Shown: positions 1 through 12,419 of the stretch, piece by piece
How positions within the stretch are numbered: the stretch's first letter is position 1
Layout of the letters: every line of letters starts with the position of its first letter
Assembly (NCBI GenBank): GCA_951406725.2
Contig: OX597820.1
Coordinates: forward strand, 52,824,001-52,888,000
Origin: Octopus vulgaris
Taxonomy: Eukaryota
Length of the DNA: 64,000 nucleotides
Direction of reading: 5' to 3'
Made by a program: the position numbers and the translations under genes
Notes under the pieces: model-generated
Databases searched by the model: none
The model's input: the letters and a program-made list of their open reading frames with translations, nothing else
What the model was told of the DNA's origin: nothing

Positions 1-84
1 CTCCCTTTCTCCACGCCATCGATGTTATTCAAGAGAGAGGCAAGCGCCGATACAGCTTGGCACCAGTGACGTTGCAGCTCATTT
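1..84 (-). mobile_element. Fragment of tRNA-derived SINE family A
   Basis: Matches the interior of the copies at 624-940 and 61587-61918 (gatacagcttggcaccagtga..gc.ctcattt). Confidence 0.75.
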
Positions 85-94
85 ATTAAGGTAA

Positions 95-378
95 AAAGTA
101 GCTGAGCACTCCACAGACGTAGTTCTCGGAGAGATTCAGCGTGACACAGTGTGACAAGGCTGGCTCTTTGAAAAACAGGTACAACAGAAACGGGAAGAAA
201 GAGTGAGAGAAAGATGTGGTGAAAGAGTACAGCAAGATTCACCACCACCCCTGCCAGAGCCTCGTGGAGCTTTAGATGTTTTTGCTCAATAAACCCTCAC
301 AATGCCCGGTCTGGGAATCGAAACCACGATCCTACGACCGCGAGCCCGCTGCCCTAACCACTGGGCCATTGCGCCTCC
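95..378 (-). mobile_element. tRNA-derived SINE family B (tail type 1)
   Basis: Minus strand starts ggaggcgcaatggcccagtggttaggg (A box) ... ggtttcgattccc (B box). The first ~190 nt are shared with the copy at 15023. Confidence 0.85.
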
Positions 379-623
379 GAGCAGGCGGACATCATTACTA
401 AAATAATCAAATTTTTCATTCGGTGTGTCAATCACAAAGTACTTTGAGCCACTGTGGGCCGATGATTCACGAAAGCTAATACTGCGGCAACATTTCGTTG
501 TGCGTATACTAGCCATTACATGTAAAATTATCCTTACCGAGATATTTTGAATTGTGCTTCATGAGATGATATCTCCAGACTTTATAAGCCTCAAAATACG
601 TCTACTCTGTTGTAGGTTGCGAA

Positions 624-964
624 GGCGCATGGCTCAGTCATTAGAGCGTAGAGCTTACGATCGTGAGCTTGTGAGTTCGATTCCCGGACCGGGTTGTGTG
701 TTGTGTTCTTGAGCAAGACACTTTATTTCACGTTGCTCCAGTTAACTCAGCTGTAGAAATGAGTTGCGACATCACTGGTGCCAAGCTGTTTTATTTGGAT
801 AACATCAGTAGCATGGAGAGGCGGGGCTGGTATGCATGGGTGACTGCTAGCCTTCCACAAACAACCTAGCCCTGACTTGTGCCTCGCAGGATAAATTTCT
901 AGGTGCAATCCCATGGTCAATCATGACCGAAGGGGGTCTCCTCCTCCTCCTCCTCCTTCTCCTC
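624..964 (+). mobile_element. tRNA-derived SINE family A, full length, with (CTC)n tail
   Basis: A box tggctcagtcattag, B box gagttcgattcc, core gtgttcttgagcaagacacttt, end catgaccgaagggggtctc. Four more copies or fragments in the window. Confidence 0.9.
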
Positions 965-1574
965 TGTAATAGGGTATAGCAAAAGTAAATGCGAAATTTT
1001 ACTACACATTTTTTAACAAGTGGAACAGCGCTAATAACAATCACTGTACATAACAAACTGGCATATTCATTATCTATAACACATACACAGAAGCGTATTA
1101 AATTTAATCTCCATGAAAAGTAGTTTATTTCATGTATATGTTCCATGTATATGTCCCGTGTTATCTATTGCCTAACTTCATATTGGCCTAAGTTTAGCCT
1201 ACCAGTAGTTCACTATACGTCTGGAGGGTAGGTTAAACCTCTTTGACAAATATAGGCCTAATCCAGAATTTGGAGGAAAATATTTTGAGGGTGACTTAAA
1301 TACGAAGTCGACTCGTACGCCGCAATTTGTGATAGTATGTGTGTCAATGATAAAATTTGATATTTGCATAGGGAGTGTTTGATTTGTGTCCGGTAAATTT
1401 CTTTATCATTACTGCATATAATTATAGTGCGTTCGTTGCGTAATTATTCTTTTAGTTATATGCGATGATAGCAATACATACATTTTCATTTATAATGACT
1501 TTATATATTATTATACGAACTTAGATATAAAGGAAACGTTACGAGTAACTCTGCACGAATAATCAACATACGGG

Positions 1575-1785
1575 TTTGAAAATTTTGGTACAAAGCCAGC
1601 ATCTTTGAAGGAAGGGATAACTCGATTAGATTGGCCCCAGTTTTCTACTGGTACTTCTTTTATTAACCCTGAAAGGATGAACGACAAAGTCGACCTCGGT
1701 GGAATATCAATTCAACGTAAAGACAGACGAAATACTGCTATGCATTTCACTTAGCAAGCTAACGTTTCTGCCAGCTCACCGCCTT
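1575..1785 (-). mobile_element. SINE family D (Nin/Deu-like core)
   Basis: Reverse complement of ggcggcgagctggcagaaacgttag...gtcgactttg.c.ttcatccttt; many copies in the window. Confidence 0.8.
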
Positions 1786-1793
1786 TAACTATA

Positions 1794-2258
1794 TGCGATT
1801 GTGCAAGGAACAGGATCTGTCCACTTAACTCTAGTTCTAGGTGTAAAAATATCATATAAAGAAGTAAGGTTACCTTAGAGAATAGGGAGTACTTCTATAT
1901 CGGAGCTAGCTCACGTTATATTAAGTAAAGAATCACCAATCATTTAAATTCGTTTAAATATAGGAACACGATGAGTGCTATTAGTCTTAGTAAATTAATC
2001 TGGAAGTTAAAAGTTAGTAACAAAGTATCCTCGATTGCTTGTGAAATAATCAGTATTGCAAAACATTCTGGAATAGACGATAATAGATGTGACCTTTGTG
2101 TGGAAGAAATGCACCAAATTATCACTTCTAAATTTACTCTTTTAAACACAAGACAGAGACAGGTTCTAAGCTGTCCATACTTGAGAAAATATACGTTGAA
2201 ACAATCTAAATATACACAAGTCACCATCTGTAGTTACAATATTGATTACAATAATTAA
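1794..2258 (+). pseudogene. Decayed Penelope-like (Hydra-like) GIY-YIG endonuclease C-terminal region
   Basis: Frame from 1794 reads CDCARNRICPL..KNII*..EYFYIGASS..K*RITNHLNSFK..SLSKLIWKLK..RCDLCVEE..LLNTR..C, with two in-frame stops. Same motif string as 53185-53442. Confidence 0.8.
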
Positions 2259-2535
2259 TGATATTTATAGAAATAATATTAATAATAATAAGAACAATAC
2301 TATTAATGGAGGGTATAAACCCAAAATAAGTAAAATACTTCTGAATGAATAATGTACTCCATAGAGCAATGTGTAAATATTACTGCTACAATTAAGTGAA
2401 ATCAAAAGAAACATTTTAAAACCACGCTTCAACTGTAATACCAATTCATTAAAAAAATAGCGCTATCACCTTCAGCTGGAAACCAACGCAGAACACTTGT
2501 TTGAATCAGCTGAATAGGAAAACGCCGTGAGTGAT

Positions 2536-2622
2536 GGGCCCTTGATGAAACTGGTGCGACTAGAATGCATAACTGCATACAGAGCAATGTGCAGTCGTTG
2601 CAGTCGAAACATATGCAGGTCA
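2536..2622 (+). ncRNA. Degenerate type I hammerhead-like motif in PLE 3' end
   Basis: ggcc-cTTGATGA-a-actg.gcgact...agtcgt.cagt-c-GAAA-CATATG-CA-ggtc. Long stem II and palindromic stem III; cleavage triplet mutated. Confidence 0.5.
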
Positions 2623-2724
2623 GAGTTATATATGCTGCATTAAAATTTTGAATAAATAAGTTTTGGATGTGAATAAATTTCTACTCTTCTCTTCGTTCTC
2701 AATTATATGTAAGTATGCATATAT

Positions 2725-2778
<54 letters not shown>

Positions 2779-2925
2779 ATAAATTCCAGGGTAGCAAAAA
2801 AAATTTTGAAAATTTCTTTGCTACCAGTGGCCTACCGAGAAGAGAAAAACTAGTCAATAGACTATATATTATTCATATAAAAATACACTACATTTAAACA
2901 CATAAGAGATGTGTAAATTACTTTA

Positions 2926-2958
2926 TTTGCTGAAGATAGCTTGAAACCATGGTACAGG
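2926..2958 (+). ncRNA. Ultra-minimal type I hammerhead-like motif
   Basis: tttg CTGAAGA tagctt GAAA ccatgg TA cagg: intact core, palindromic stem III, almost no stem II. Confidence 0.6.
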
Positions 2959-3077
2959 AAATAGAGGGTAAACGTTTTTATTTTCCATTCCCTTTCGAAA
3001 TTACCCCTAATAGTTTAACTACTCCTTCTAACGGGTTAGATATCCTGTTATGGCCATCTCTTATGTGTATGAATACA

Positions 3078-3168
<91 letters not shown>

Positions 3169-3289
3169 TGTGTGTATGTATGTATGTATGTATGTATGTA
3201 TGTATGTATGTATGTATGTATGTATATATGTATGTATGTATGTATGTGTATGTATGTATGTATATACACGCTGCGTATATATATTGCCG

Positions 3290-3520
3290 TTTAAAAGTGT
3301 GGTTGACAACTGGATTTTGGCAAGGAAGTTTAAGGTGTGATTTTGAAATCATGCCATTTTGCCGAGGATCTAACGGCATCTCCGGGTGCATGTTTTATAG
3401 TTAATGAGAGTTGGAGTAATAGAAGCGTTTAAGCAATGTGCACAGGAATGCCAGTTACCCCCGTCAACTTTTATAAAGAATAGGGATGGTGAAGGATTTT
3501 AAAGTAACAAAAGCTTAATG
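3290..3520 (-). pseudogene. Highly decayed Ty3/Gypsy-like RT fragment
   Basis: Minus-strand reads SPSLFFIKVDGGNWHSCAHCLNASITP and [16 protein letters not shown], resembling SPLHMVxKxDGxWRPCGDYRxLN and IFSKIDLxxAYHQIPV. Confidence 0.4.
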
Positions 3521-3782
3521 ACATACATTCAGTTGAATTCAGTGTGGAACATTGTTCGTGATTCCCAGAAGTTTCTGTTAACAGGAAGCTATTAAGTGGG
3601 TATGTGCGTCACAGAAGACATTGAATGCACTAGAAGCGGAACAAAGGGTTATCTGATCAGAATACTAAATGTAGGCCAGATACTGTATCCTTGCTGAATT
3701 GGAGGAGCATTTGTTTAAAACAGTAGATTTTAGAAACCAAAATGCAATGGCAGTTTATGTGATTTGAGCAAAGGGAATTATG

Positions 3783-3847
<65 letters not shown>

Positions 3848-3970
3848 GTTTTCCCCATTTACAACACACACACACACATACACACGTACATGCATATATA
3901 TTTGTATTTATATAAACACACACGCATACATATATACATATACACACACATATGTATATAGATAAATATA

Positions 3971-4074
<104 letters not shown>

Positions 4075-4089
4075 CATATATGCATATAA

Positions 4090-4320
4090 GGCGGCGAGCT
4101 GGCAGAAACTGTAGCACGCCGGGCGAAATGCGTAGCCCTATTTCGTCTGCCGTTACGTTCTGAGTTCAAATTCCGCCGTGGTCGACTTTGCCTTTCATCA
4201 TTTCGGGGTCGATAAATTAAGTACCAGTTACGCACTGGGGTCGATGTAATCGACTTAATCACTTTGTTTGTCCTTGTTTGTCCCCTCTGTGTTTAGCCCA
4301 TTGTGGGTAGTAAAGAAATA
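4090..4320 (+). mobile_element. SINE family D, full length
   Basis: ggcggcgagctggcaga..., B box gagttcaaattcc, core gcctttcatc.tttcggggtcgataaattaagtaccag, tail ..gtgggtagtaaagaaata. Confidence 0.9.
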
Positions 4321-4330
4321 TATACATATA

Positions 4331-4368
<38 letters not shown>

Positions 4369-4565
4369 TATGCATATATACATGTCTACACACATATATA
4401 CATTGGAGGCCCAACACTCGGAGTTCTTTTACAGGGTTTAGAAAACCTGAAGGGCTACGGCGATAGGTGTATGTATCTGAGAGGAGAATAAGTTGAAAAA
4501 TCATAATTATCTTATCCTCCTGTAGTTTCTTTTCTCCAAAGCTAGGAAACTTTCTGCGTCCCCTA

Positions 4566-4604
<39 letters not shown>

Positions 4605-4817
4605 TAATTATATTATTATTGATATTAGGAAATCTATATAAGAAAACTCATCAGAAAGATATACACGTGTGAAAAATAATTCTTGTATTAAAAGTTGTTG
4701 TATTAAAAATATATAAATATATAAATATAAATATGTATAAAAATATATGTAAATATGTATAAGTATAAATATATAATGTATATGACAGTTTAAAAGTTTT
4801 GAATTAAGTATTTAAAG

Positions 4818-4908
4818 CATTTTACGATCGTTTCACAGAAGTGTTGTCCCTATAGTGAAATCCTATATTGACAAGCATTTATAGACAACTCTTCTGCGCT
4901 TCAGAGAT
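4818..4908 (-). ncRNA. Hammerhead-like motif in a PLE-derived 3' end (element ~4620-5245)
   Basis: Minus strand: CTGAAGC-gcagaagagttgtc...gacaacacttctgt-GAAA-cgatcg-TA. 14-bp stem II with one mismatch; A9 mutated. Confidence 0.6.
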
Positions 4909-5294
4909 ATAAAATTTGAATTCTGTATAACATATCGAATGGTAGTTATTTTTTTAAAATTTGATGTAATACTATACAATGGTGTTTGTTTGAAATATAA
5001 ATTAAAAATTACTGCTTTTGATGAGAATCTTTAAATCCATATATACTTCCTTGGTTATTTTTTCTGCAATAATCCGTAATATTCATATGTAAAATCCGTT
5101 ATATTATCTTGTATTCCAAATATAGTTCATATAGTTAGTTTAGAAATGTGAAATTTGTATATACTTTAGTATGAGAATCTTGAAATTCATAAATGTCTTC
5201 CTAGTAATTCCTCTGTAGAAATCCAGAGGAATTACCAAGAAGACTGGTTAAAGATAAAAGATCTCGCCTTGTTGGCCACATTCTCCGTATAGCC

Positions 5295-5525
5295 CAGTGG
5301 TTCTATATCGGACTCCATATGGTCCTTGGGGGTCCATACAATAGTTTGTTAAAATTTATATGCAATAAATTAGTTCTTCTTCTACGATACGCAAAATATT
5401 GTAACAATTATTTTTATGTAATTCTTAATAATATTTCATTGTAAAAATACAGTAGGAGTTTTAATTACTGAATGGCTAGTTGGGTCCAAGCGAGTAAAAT
5501 ACGAATAAATGGTTGAGTAACGCTA
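5295..5525. mobile_element. hAT-like MITE remnant
   Basis: Begins cagtggttct, has internal ggggtcca motifs, ends ggttgagtaacgct, resembling hAT-type terminal inverted repeats. Confidence 0.4.
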
Positions 5526-5774
5526 GTCTAGTCAATCAAAAGCACAGGAAAAGAGCTATGATTTGAAAGCCACATTTTGCGGCAGGCGTAAAAGGGGCAG
5601 GATGGAAATCACTAGGCAGTGGACATTTCAAGATGGTCTGAAGACAGTCAGCATTATGTGGAATGAGTGTGCAAGAGTAGCGCGACTGTACCTGGTACAG
5701 GAAACTTGCTGTCTAATGTACTGAGCAAGCACAGGAGGAGCTCCGAGCTAAATATATGTTTGTGTGTTTGAGAG

Positions 5775-5839
<65 letters not shown>

Positions 5840-5954
5840 GACAGAGACAGAGAAGGATGGAGAGAAGTAAAGAGATTTCGTCTTCAAAACAAAAGGATCT
5901 GCGTTCAAGCCTCCTGTGCGGCTACTTAGACTAGCCTCTGTTTTTTTTTCTTTT

Positions 5955-6134
5955 ATTTGTTTCAGTCATGCTGGAGCACCGCCTTTAGTGGAGCAAATCG
6001 ATCCCAGGACTTATTCATTATAAGCCTAGTACTTATTCTATCGATCTCTCTTACCGAACTTCTAAGTGACGGGGACGTAAACACACCAGCATTGGTTGTC
6101 AAGCGATGTTGGTGGGGACAAACACAGACACACA

Positions 6135-6177
<43 letters not shown>

Positions 6178-6270
6178 GACGGGCTTCTTTCAGTTTCCGT
6201 CTGCCAAATCCACTCACAAGGCTTTGGTCGGCCCGAAGGTTATAGTAGAATCCACTTGCCCAAGGTGCCG
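5955..6270 (-). mobile_element. SINE family C (internal microsatellite), 5'-truncated
   Basis: Matches 62624-63035 in reverse. Confidence 0.85.
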
Positions 6271-6407
6271 CGCATACATACATACATACATACATACATA
6301 CATACATACATGCATACATACATGCATGCATGCATGCATACATACATACATACATATATACATACATATATACATACATACATATAGAGATAGATAAATA
6401 GACAGAC

Positions 6408-6480
<73 letters not shown>

Positions 6481-6496
6481 TTAAATAAATATAAGC

Positions 6497-6703
6497 TGCA
6501 AATTTTGGCATAGGGTAGATAGTTCTGGGGAGGAGGTAAGTCGATGCATTCGACCTCAGTGCTAAGATGGTAGATTGGTACTCGTTTTATCGACTCCGAA
6601 AGGATGAACGGTGAAGTCGACCTCGGTGGAATTTGAACTCAAGACGTACAGACGGATGAAACGCCGCCAAGCATTTTGCCCGGCGCGATAACGACTCTGC
6701 CAA
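6497..6703 (-). mobile_element. SINE family D
   Basis: Reverse copy of the family D head and core. Confidence 0.8.
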
Positions 6704-6739
6704 CTTACACACACACATGTACGTATGTATGTATGTATG

Positions 6740-6773
<34 letters not shown>

Positions 6774-7135
6774 TGTATGTATGTATGTATGTATGTATGT
6801 ATGTATGCATGTATGTATGTACGTACGTACGTATGTATGTATGTGTGTGTGTATGTAATACACTATACATGGTAATATATACAAAATTGCTGTACTAAGT
6901 GCTTATTGAATCTAAAGTGATTATTCTATATTATGGCGGCCATGTTAGATGAAACCACTTTCCGACATGTATTTAAGCATAAATTTTGATTATATGCGTG
7001 TATATGCACGTATGTGTGTGTATCATATAGCCACTGCAGTTGTACAATAATGTTAGAACAACGAAAAGGGATGTGCATTTGTGTTATCATATAACAATGT
7101 AATTATATAACTACATGTACATACATATGTATATG

Positions 7136-7204
<69 letters not shown>

Positions 7205-7205
7205 G

Positions 7206-7237
<32 letters not shown>

Positions 7238-7244
7238 TGTATGT

Positions 7245-7287
<43 letters not shown>

Positions 7288-7501
7288 ATATGTATATATG
7301 TATATATGTATATATATATATATGCACACAATCATACATACATGCATATGTGTATGTACATATATATATATATATAATATGTGTGGGCGTGTATGTATGT
7401 GCGTGTGTGTACGTGCGTGTGTAAAAATATACATATATAAATATACATTGGAAACACACACACATATACAGCCCTGCATGCATATAATCATATATGTGTG
7501 C

Positions 7502-7533
<32 letters not shown>

Positions 7534-7606
7534 ATGAGTATTGTGTCCATGCGTGTATGTTTATACCTGCCTATATATATACATCATTCATGTCCACGAA
7601 TATATG

Positions 7607-7638
<32 letters not shown>

Positions 7639-8794
7639 TGTATGTATGTATGTATGTATGTATGTATGTATGCATGTATGTGTGTGTGTGTGTATGTATG
7701 TTTGTTTGTTGTATATGTAGATGCATACGCGCTGCGATATTACAGCATGGTTACGATAGTGTGCATCTCTCATCAGTTGGCAAGTTGAAAAGGAAGATCA
7801 AACAGTAATTACATTATACCCCCTCCAACATCTGAGACCTTAATATAGAGGTTGCAGGGACGAGGGGGTATAGGTTGAGTAGAGGCTGGGTTGATAGTGG
7901 TAGTGCTGGTGGTGGCGATGGTGGTGGTGGTAATGTTGGAGGTAGGAGGACGAGGAAGCAAACATGCGATGGTGGCATCGGCCGTTAGTAAAATGTGTAA
8001 ATGAGAGAGATGCATGAAGAAGTCATGCACGTGGAAAGGGATGAGTCGTTGGGAAAAGGGACGGAATCAAAGCAAAAGGATTCTGTGTGGGAGTAGTGAG
8101 TAGTGTTGGGTGTCTTATAGGGCGGCGGGAGGATGCAATCTGCCAGTAAATAGTGACAGGGGAGAATGAGAAGTAAACCGTGTGTGGAAGGAGATGGTGG
8201 TGTGTTTTGCACGGCAGGGGGCGTAGTTGATGTGTATGAGCATGGGCTTATGATATATGTGTTTATGTATGTGTGTTTATGTATGTGTGTTTATGTGTGC
8301 ATTTGTGTTCGTGTGTGTCTGTTTGTGAGTGTGTGTGTCTGTGTGTGTGTGTTTAAATGTTGTGACAGCGTGCGTTGTCATGGGTTAATTGTGTCTGTAT
8401 TTGTGTTTACGTGTTTATGCTTACTGATGTTACAGTCTGTGCGAAAGGCGTAACTGTGTGCATGCTTGTACATGTGTATGCGTGTGTGTGTGTGTGTGTA
8501 TGTGTGTGTATGTGTGTGTGTGTGTGTGCGTGTGTGTGTTTGTGTCTAGATTTTTGTAATTTTTGCTTTTGTAAGTATGTTCGCATAAAATAACTTCGTA
8601 GTAATGTGTTCCTTTTTTGTGTATTTTATGTATATATATATATGTGTATGTGTGTGTGTATTTGTGTATGTGTGTGTCTTGTGTGTGTATGCGTGTGTAT
8701 GCGTGTGTGTGTGTTGTGTGCGTGTGTGTGTGTTGTGTGCGTTGTTGTTGTTGCTGTTTTTGCTGTTCATGTTACTGACGTTTAGCTCTTTACT

Positions 8795-8972
8795 CTTTCT
8801 TATTGCTTCAGTTAGTTGACTGTGGCCATGCTGGAGCACCGCCTTTAGTCGAGCAAGTCGCCCCCAGGACTTATTCTTTGTAAGTCTAGTTTCGTTTGCT
8901 GAACCACTAAGTTACGGGGAGAAAACACACCAGCATCAGTTGTCAAGGGATGTTGGGGGGACAAACACAGAT

Positions 8973-9037
<65 letters not shown>

Positions 9038-9208
9038 TACATATATGCGACGGGCTTCTTTTCAGTTTACGTCTACCAAATCCACTCACAAAGCTTACGT
9101 CGGCCCGAGGCTATAGAAGACACTTGCTCAAGGTGCCACGCAGAGAGACTGAACCCGGAACCATGTGGTTGGTAAGCAAGCTACTTACCACACAGCCACC
9201 CCTACGCC
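8795..9208 (-). mobile_element. SINE family C, full length
   Basis: Minus strand ggcgtaggggtggctgtgtggtaag...ggcggtgctccagcatggcc. Confidence 0.9.
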
Positions 9209-9679
9209 TAGAAAATCTTTGTTGAGACATATGATCAAAATCCTACCAGCCGTGACCATTCCGTTTTTTGGTTCTATGGCTGTATCGCGTAATGCTTCCC
9301 CCTAAATTAAAGAATTATAGAATTAGCTATTATTTCTAGCAGGTCAAGCTATTACGCAGTGGCACTTATTGTCTAACTATGCGTATTTGTTGCTATCTAG
9401 CCCCTTCTCAGTCCTGTCAGAACAAGCATATGATCAAAGGTATTCCATTTGTGAACATGCTGTCTATTTCTCTATGAGTTTAGAATCAAGTCCATATGAC
9501 ACAATACGACATTTTCTTCGGCTATGGCGTGTCATTTGAAAGAGGTTTTGCTAGGCTAGTGACTTTGTGTTGTCTGTGTGTTTATGACTATAGACTTTTC
9601 TATTTAGTTTTCCATTTTGCAATTTAGCCCAAACTAATCCCTGATACTCTGTTACATACATCGTTTCTTTTGTTTCTTT

Positions 9680-9900
9680 TGGGTGTGTTTCATTCCATTC
9701 CACTGCGGCCATGATGAAGCGCCGCTTTGAACAATTTTAGTCGAACGAATCGACTCCTGTTGTATTTTTTTAAGATTCATCCTAATTCTATTGATTTCTT
9801 TTGCCGAACCTCTACGATATGGGGACGTAAGCACACCATCAACGGTTGTCAAGTGGTGGTGGTGGTGGTGGGGGGGACAAACAGAAACACACACACTTGT
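9680..9900 (-). mobile_element. SINE family C, 3' half
   Basis: gcggccatg..., tttgccgaacc, ggggacgtaa.cacacca, ggttgtcaag match family C. Confidence 0.75.
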
Positions 9901-9928
9901 GTATGTCTATATACATATATATATATAA

Positions 9929-10318
<390 letters not shown>

Positions 10319-10372
10319 CTACTGCACGCATTTTTTTCTCTCCTTCTTTCTGTGTTTTTCTCTCTCTGTGTA

Positions 10373-10410
10373 TCTTTCTGTTGAAGAGCGTAGGCTCGAA
10401 ACGTTAAAGA
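10373..10410 (+). ncRNA. Minimal hammerhead-like motif in PLE 3' end (element ~10320-10510)
   Basis: tcttt CTGTTGA a gagc gtag gctc GAAA cg TT aaaga. Perfect 5-bp stem I and 4-bp stem II; A6 replaced by U. Confidence 0.6.
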
Positions 10411-10507
10411 CTTGTTTTATTTATATTTCCTGAGCGCCATACTAATACAATTGTTCGTTTGTTTTCCACCTGCCTTCGTCTTTTGTTTATTTTCATAAAG
10501 CTTCCCG

Positions 10508-10553
<46 letters not shown>

Positions 10554-10564
10554 TCGCGCGCGCG

Positions 10565-10716
10565 ATGAGTTTCCTTCAGTTTCTTTATGCTATATCCACT
10601 CACAAAGCTTTGGTCGACTAGAGCAATAGGAGAAGATACTTGCCCAAGTTGCCATGCAGTGGGACTGAACCCAGAACTATAAGGCAAACGTCCTACCACT
10701 CATCCACGCCTGCGCC
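10565..10716 (-). mobile_element. SINE family C, 5' half
   Basis: atccactcacaaagctttggtcg...acttgcccaag...gtgggactgaacc...cctgcgcc. Confidence 0.8.
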
Positions 10717-11500
10717 TCTCAGTTAATTGTGCATGCGTGTATATTTCCCTGTTCCAAGATTTACTCGATCAGATGTCCCTAAACGTTTTCGTTCCGTTTA
10801 CAGCCTACCAACATTTTGAAAGTAAGTAATTTTGAACTGTTTCTTTCAGTGGTTTAAATTTACGCTTCTTTTCACGTTGCCCGTTGCTCCTATCATGAAG
10901 AGACAACGGACAACGTGAAAATTTAAATTATTGTTTTTAAACATTATCATTTGAAGTTTAAATAACAATGACTATAAAAATGCTACTTAACAACGTTATC
11001 TCGTTTATTTAGGAACTAATAATGAACAGATTCTACAACCAAATACAATCTTCTGTATTAGACTACTCCATTAATTACAGAGTAATTAAGATGTATACAA
11101 TACCAATCGATAAATCCAAACTGTTAGAAAGAAAATAATTAGTAGTTTTCAACAAAATAAGCCTACTTCAAATTTTTTTCTTTACAGCTTCAGAACTCTT
11201 TAAATTATAATTGAAATAAATAAATAAATGAATAAACTTTTTACGAATCCAGAATCAGCTAACTCACACACTGGGTAGGCGGTAGGCAAGATTACCCCGG
11301 TTTGGGAACAAGTGTTATATTACTAGAGGCAGATTAAATCAATAATGTGTGTTGTAAGGGACAAATGATATGAAAAAATTTATAGCATAATTTCTGTGTA
11401 ACTGAATGTTTATGAGTGGTGCAAAAAGAAAAAAAGTATGTACGTGTGTAAATCTATATATGCTGATATGTATATGTGTGCACAAGTATATGTGTATGTA

Positions 11501-11537
<37 letters not shown>

Positions 11538-11585
11538 ATCTTTCCCTCTATATATGTGCGTGTGTGTATGTGTGTGTGTGTAAAG

Positions 11586-11828
11586 ACGTATGGCTCAATG
11601 GTTAGAGTGTGATGCTCAGAATCATGAGCCCCACACCCATATTGCTCCAGTTCACTCATCTGTAGAAATGAGTTGCGACGTTACTGGTGGCAACCCGTAT
11701 TGGCCTTTGCCTTTCCTCTGGATAACATCGATGGCGTGGAGAGGGGACTTCTGGTCTTCTATGAAAACCTTGCTCGAAATTGTTCCTATCTGCAATCCCA
11801 TGGTCATTCATGACAGAAGGGGGTCTTT
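11586..11828 (+). mobile_element. SINE family A, internally deleted
   Basis: tggctcaatggttagag...ttgctccagttcactca...catgacagaagggggtct. Confidence 0.8.
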
Positions 11829-11834
11829 ATACAT

Positions 11835-11904
<70 letters not shown>

Positions 11905-11976
11905 AATTACGGGTATGTGCTATTTTGTGTTTAAAGGATGAATAAGTGAACCTGATGCTAATATGTGCGTACGTTA

Positions 11977-12195
11977 AGGCAACGTGCTGACAGAAACGCT
12001 AGTACGCCGGGAAAAATGTTTAGTGGCATTTCGTTCGTCTTTACGTTCTGAGCCCAAACCTCGTGGAGATAGACTTTGCCTTTCATCCTTTCGAGCTCGA
12101 TAAAGCGAGTACCTGTGAAACATTGGGGTCGATGTAATCGACTTACCCCTTCCCTCGAAATTGCTGACCTTTTCTGCCAAAAATTTGAAATCAAT
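11977..12195 (+). mobile_element. SINE family D (tail type 2)
   Basis: Family D head and core followed by cccttccctcgaaattgctgacc..ccaaaaatttgaaa. Confidence 0.8.
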
Positions 12196-12419
12196 ATGAA
12201 ACAATGTAGCAATTATGTGTGTTCGTGGTCGCGTGTGTATAAAACAGCATAAATGAATGGATCTTTGTCGTGGTTTTGCTTCAGCCTAAAATTGACTGAA
12301 TTGATCTATGGTCAATAGCTTTCCAAATATAACCATGCTGACTTTTTCCGGGTGATCTGTATCAACAATTATACTATCCATTGCGCCTCCTTTTCTTTTA
12401 CAGGAATTGTAATTTACCA

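Noticed and set aside
624-700. tRNA gene-like sequence (also 15023, 33144)
   Set aside because: No closed acceptor stem, and it continues into a multi-copy SINE body, so it is a SINE head.
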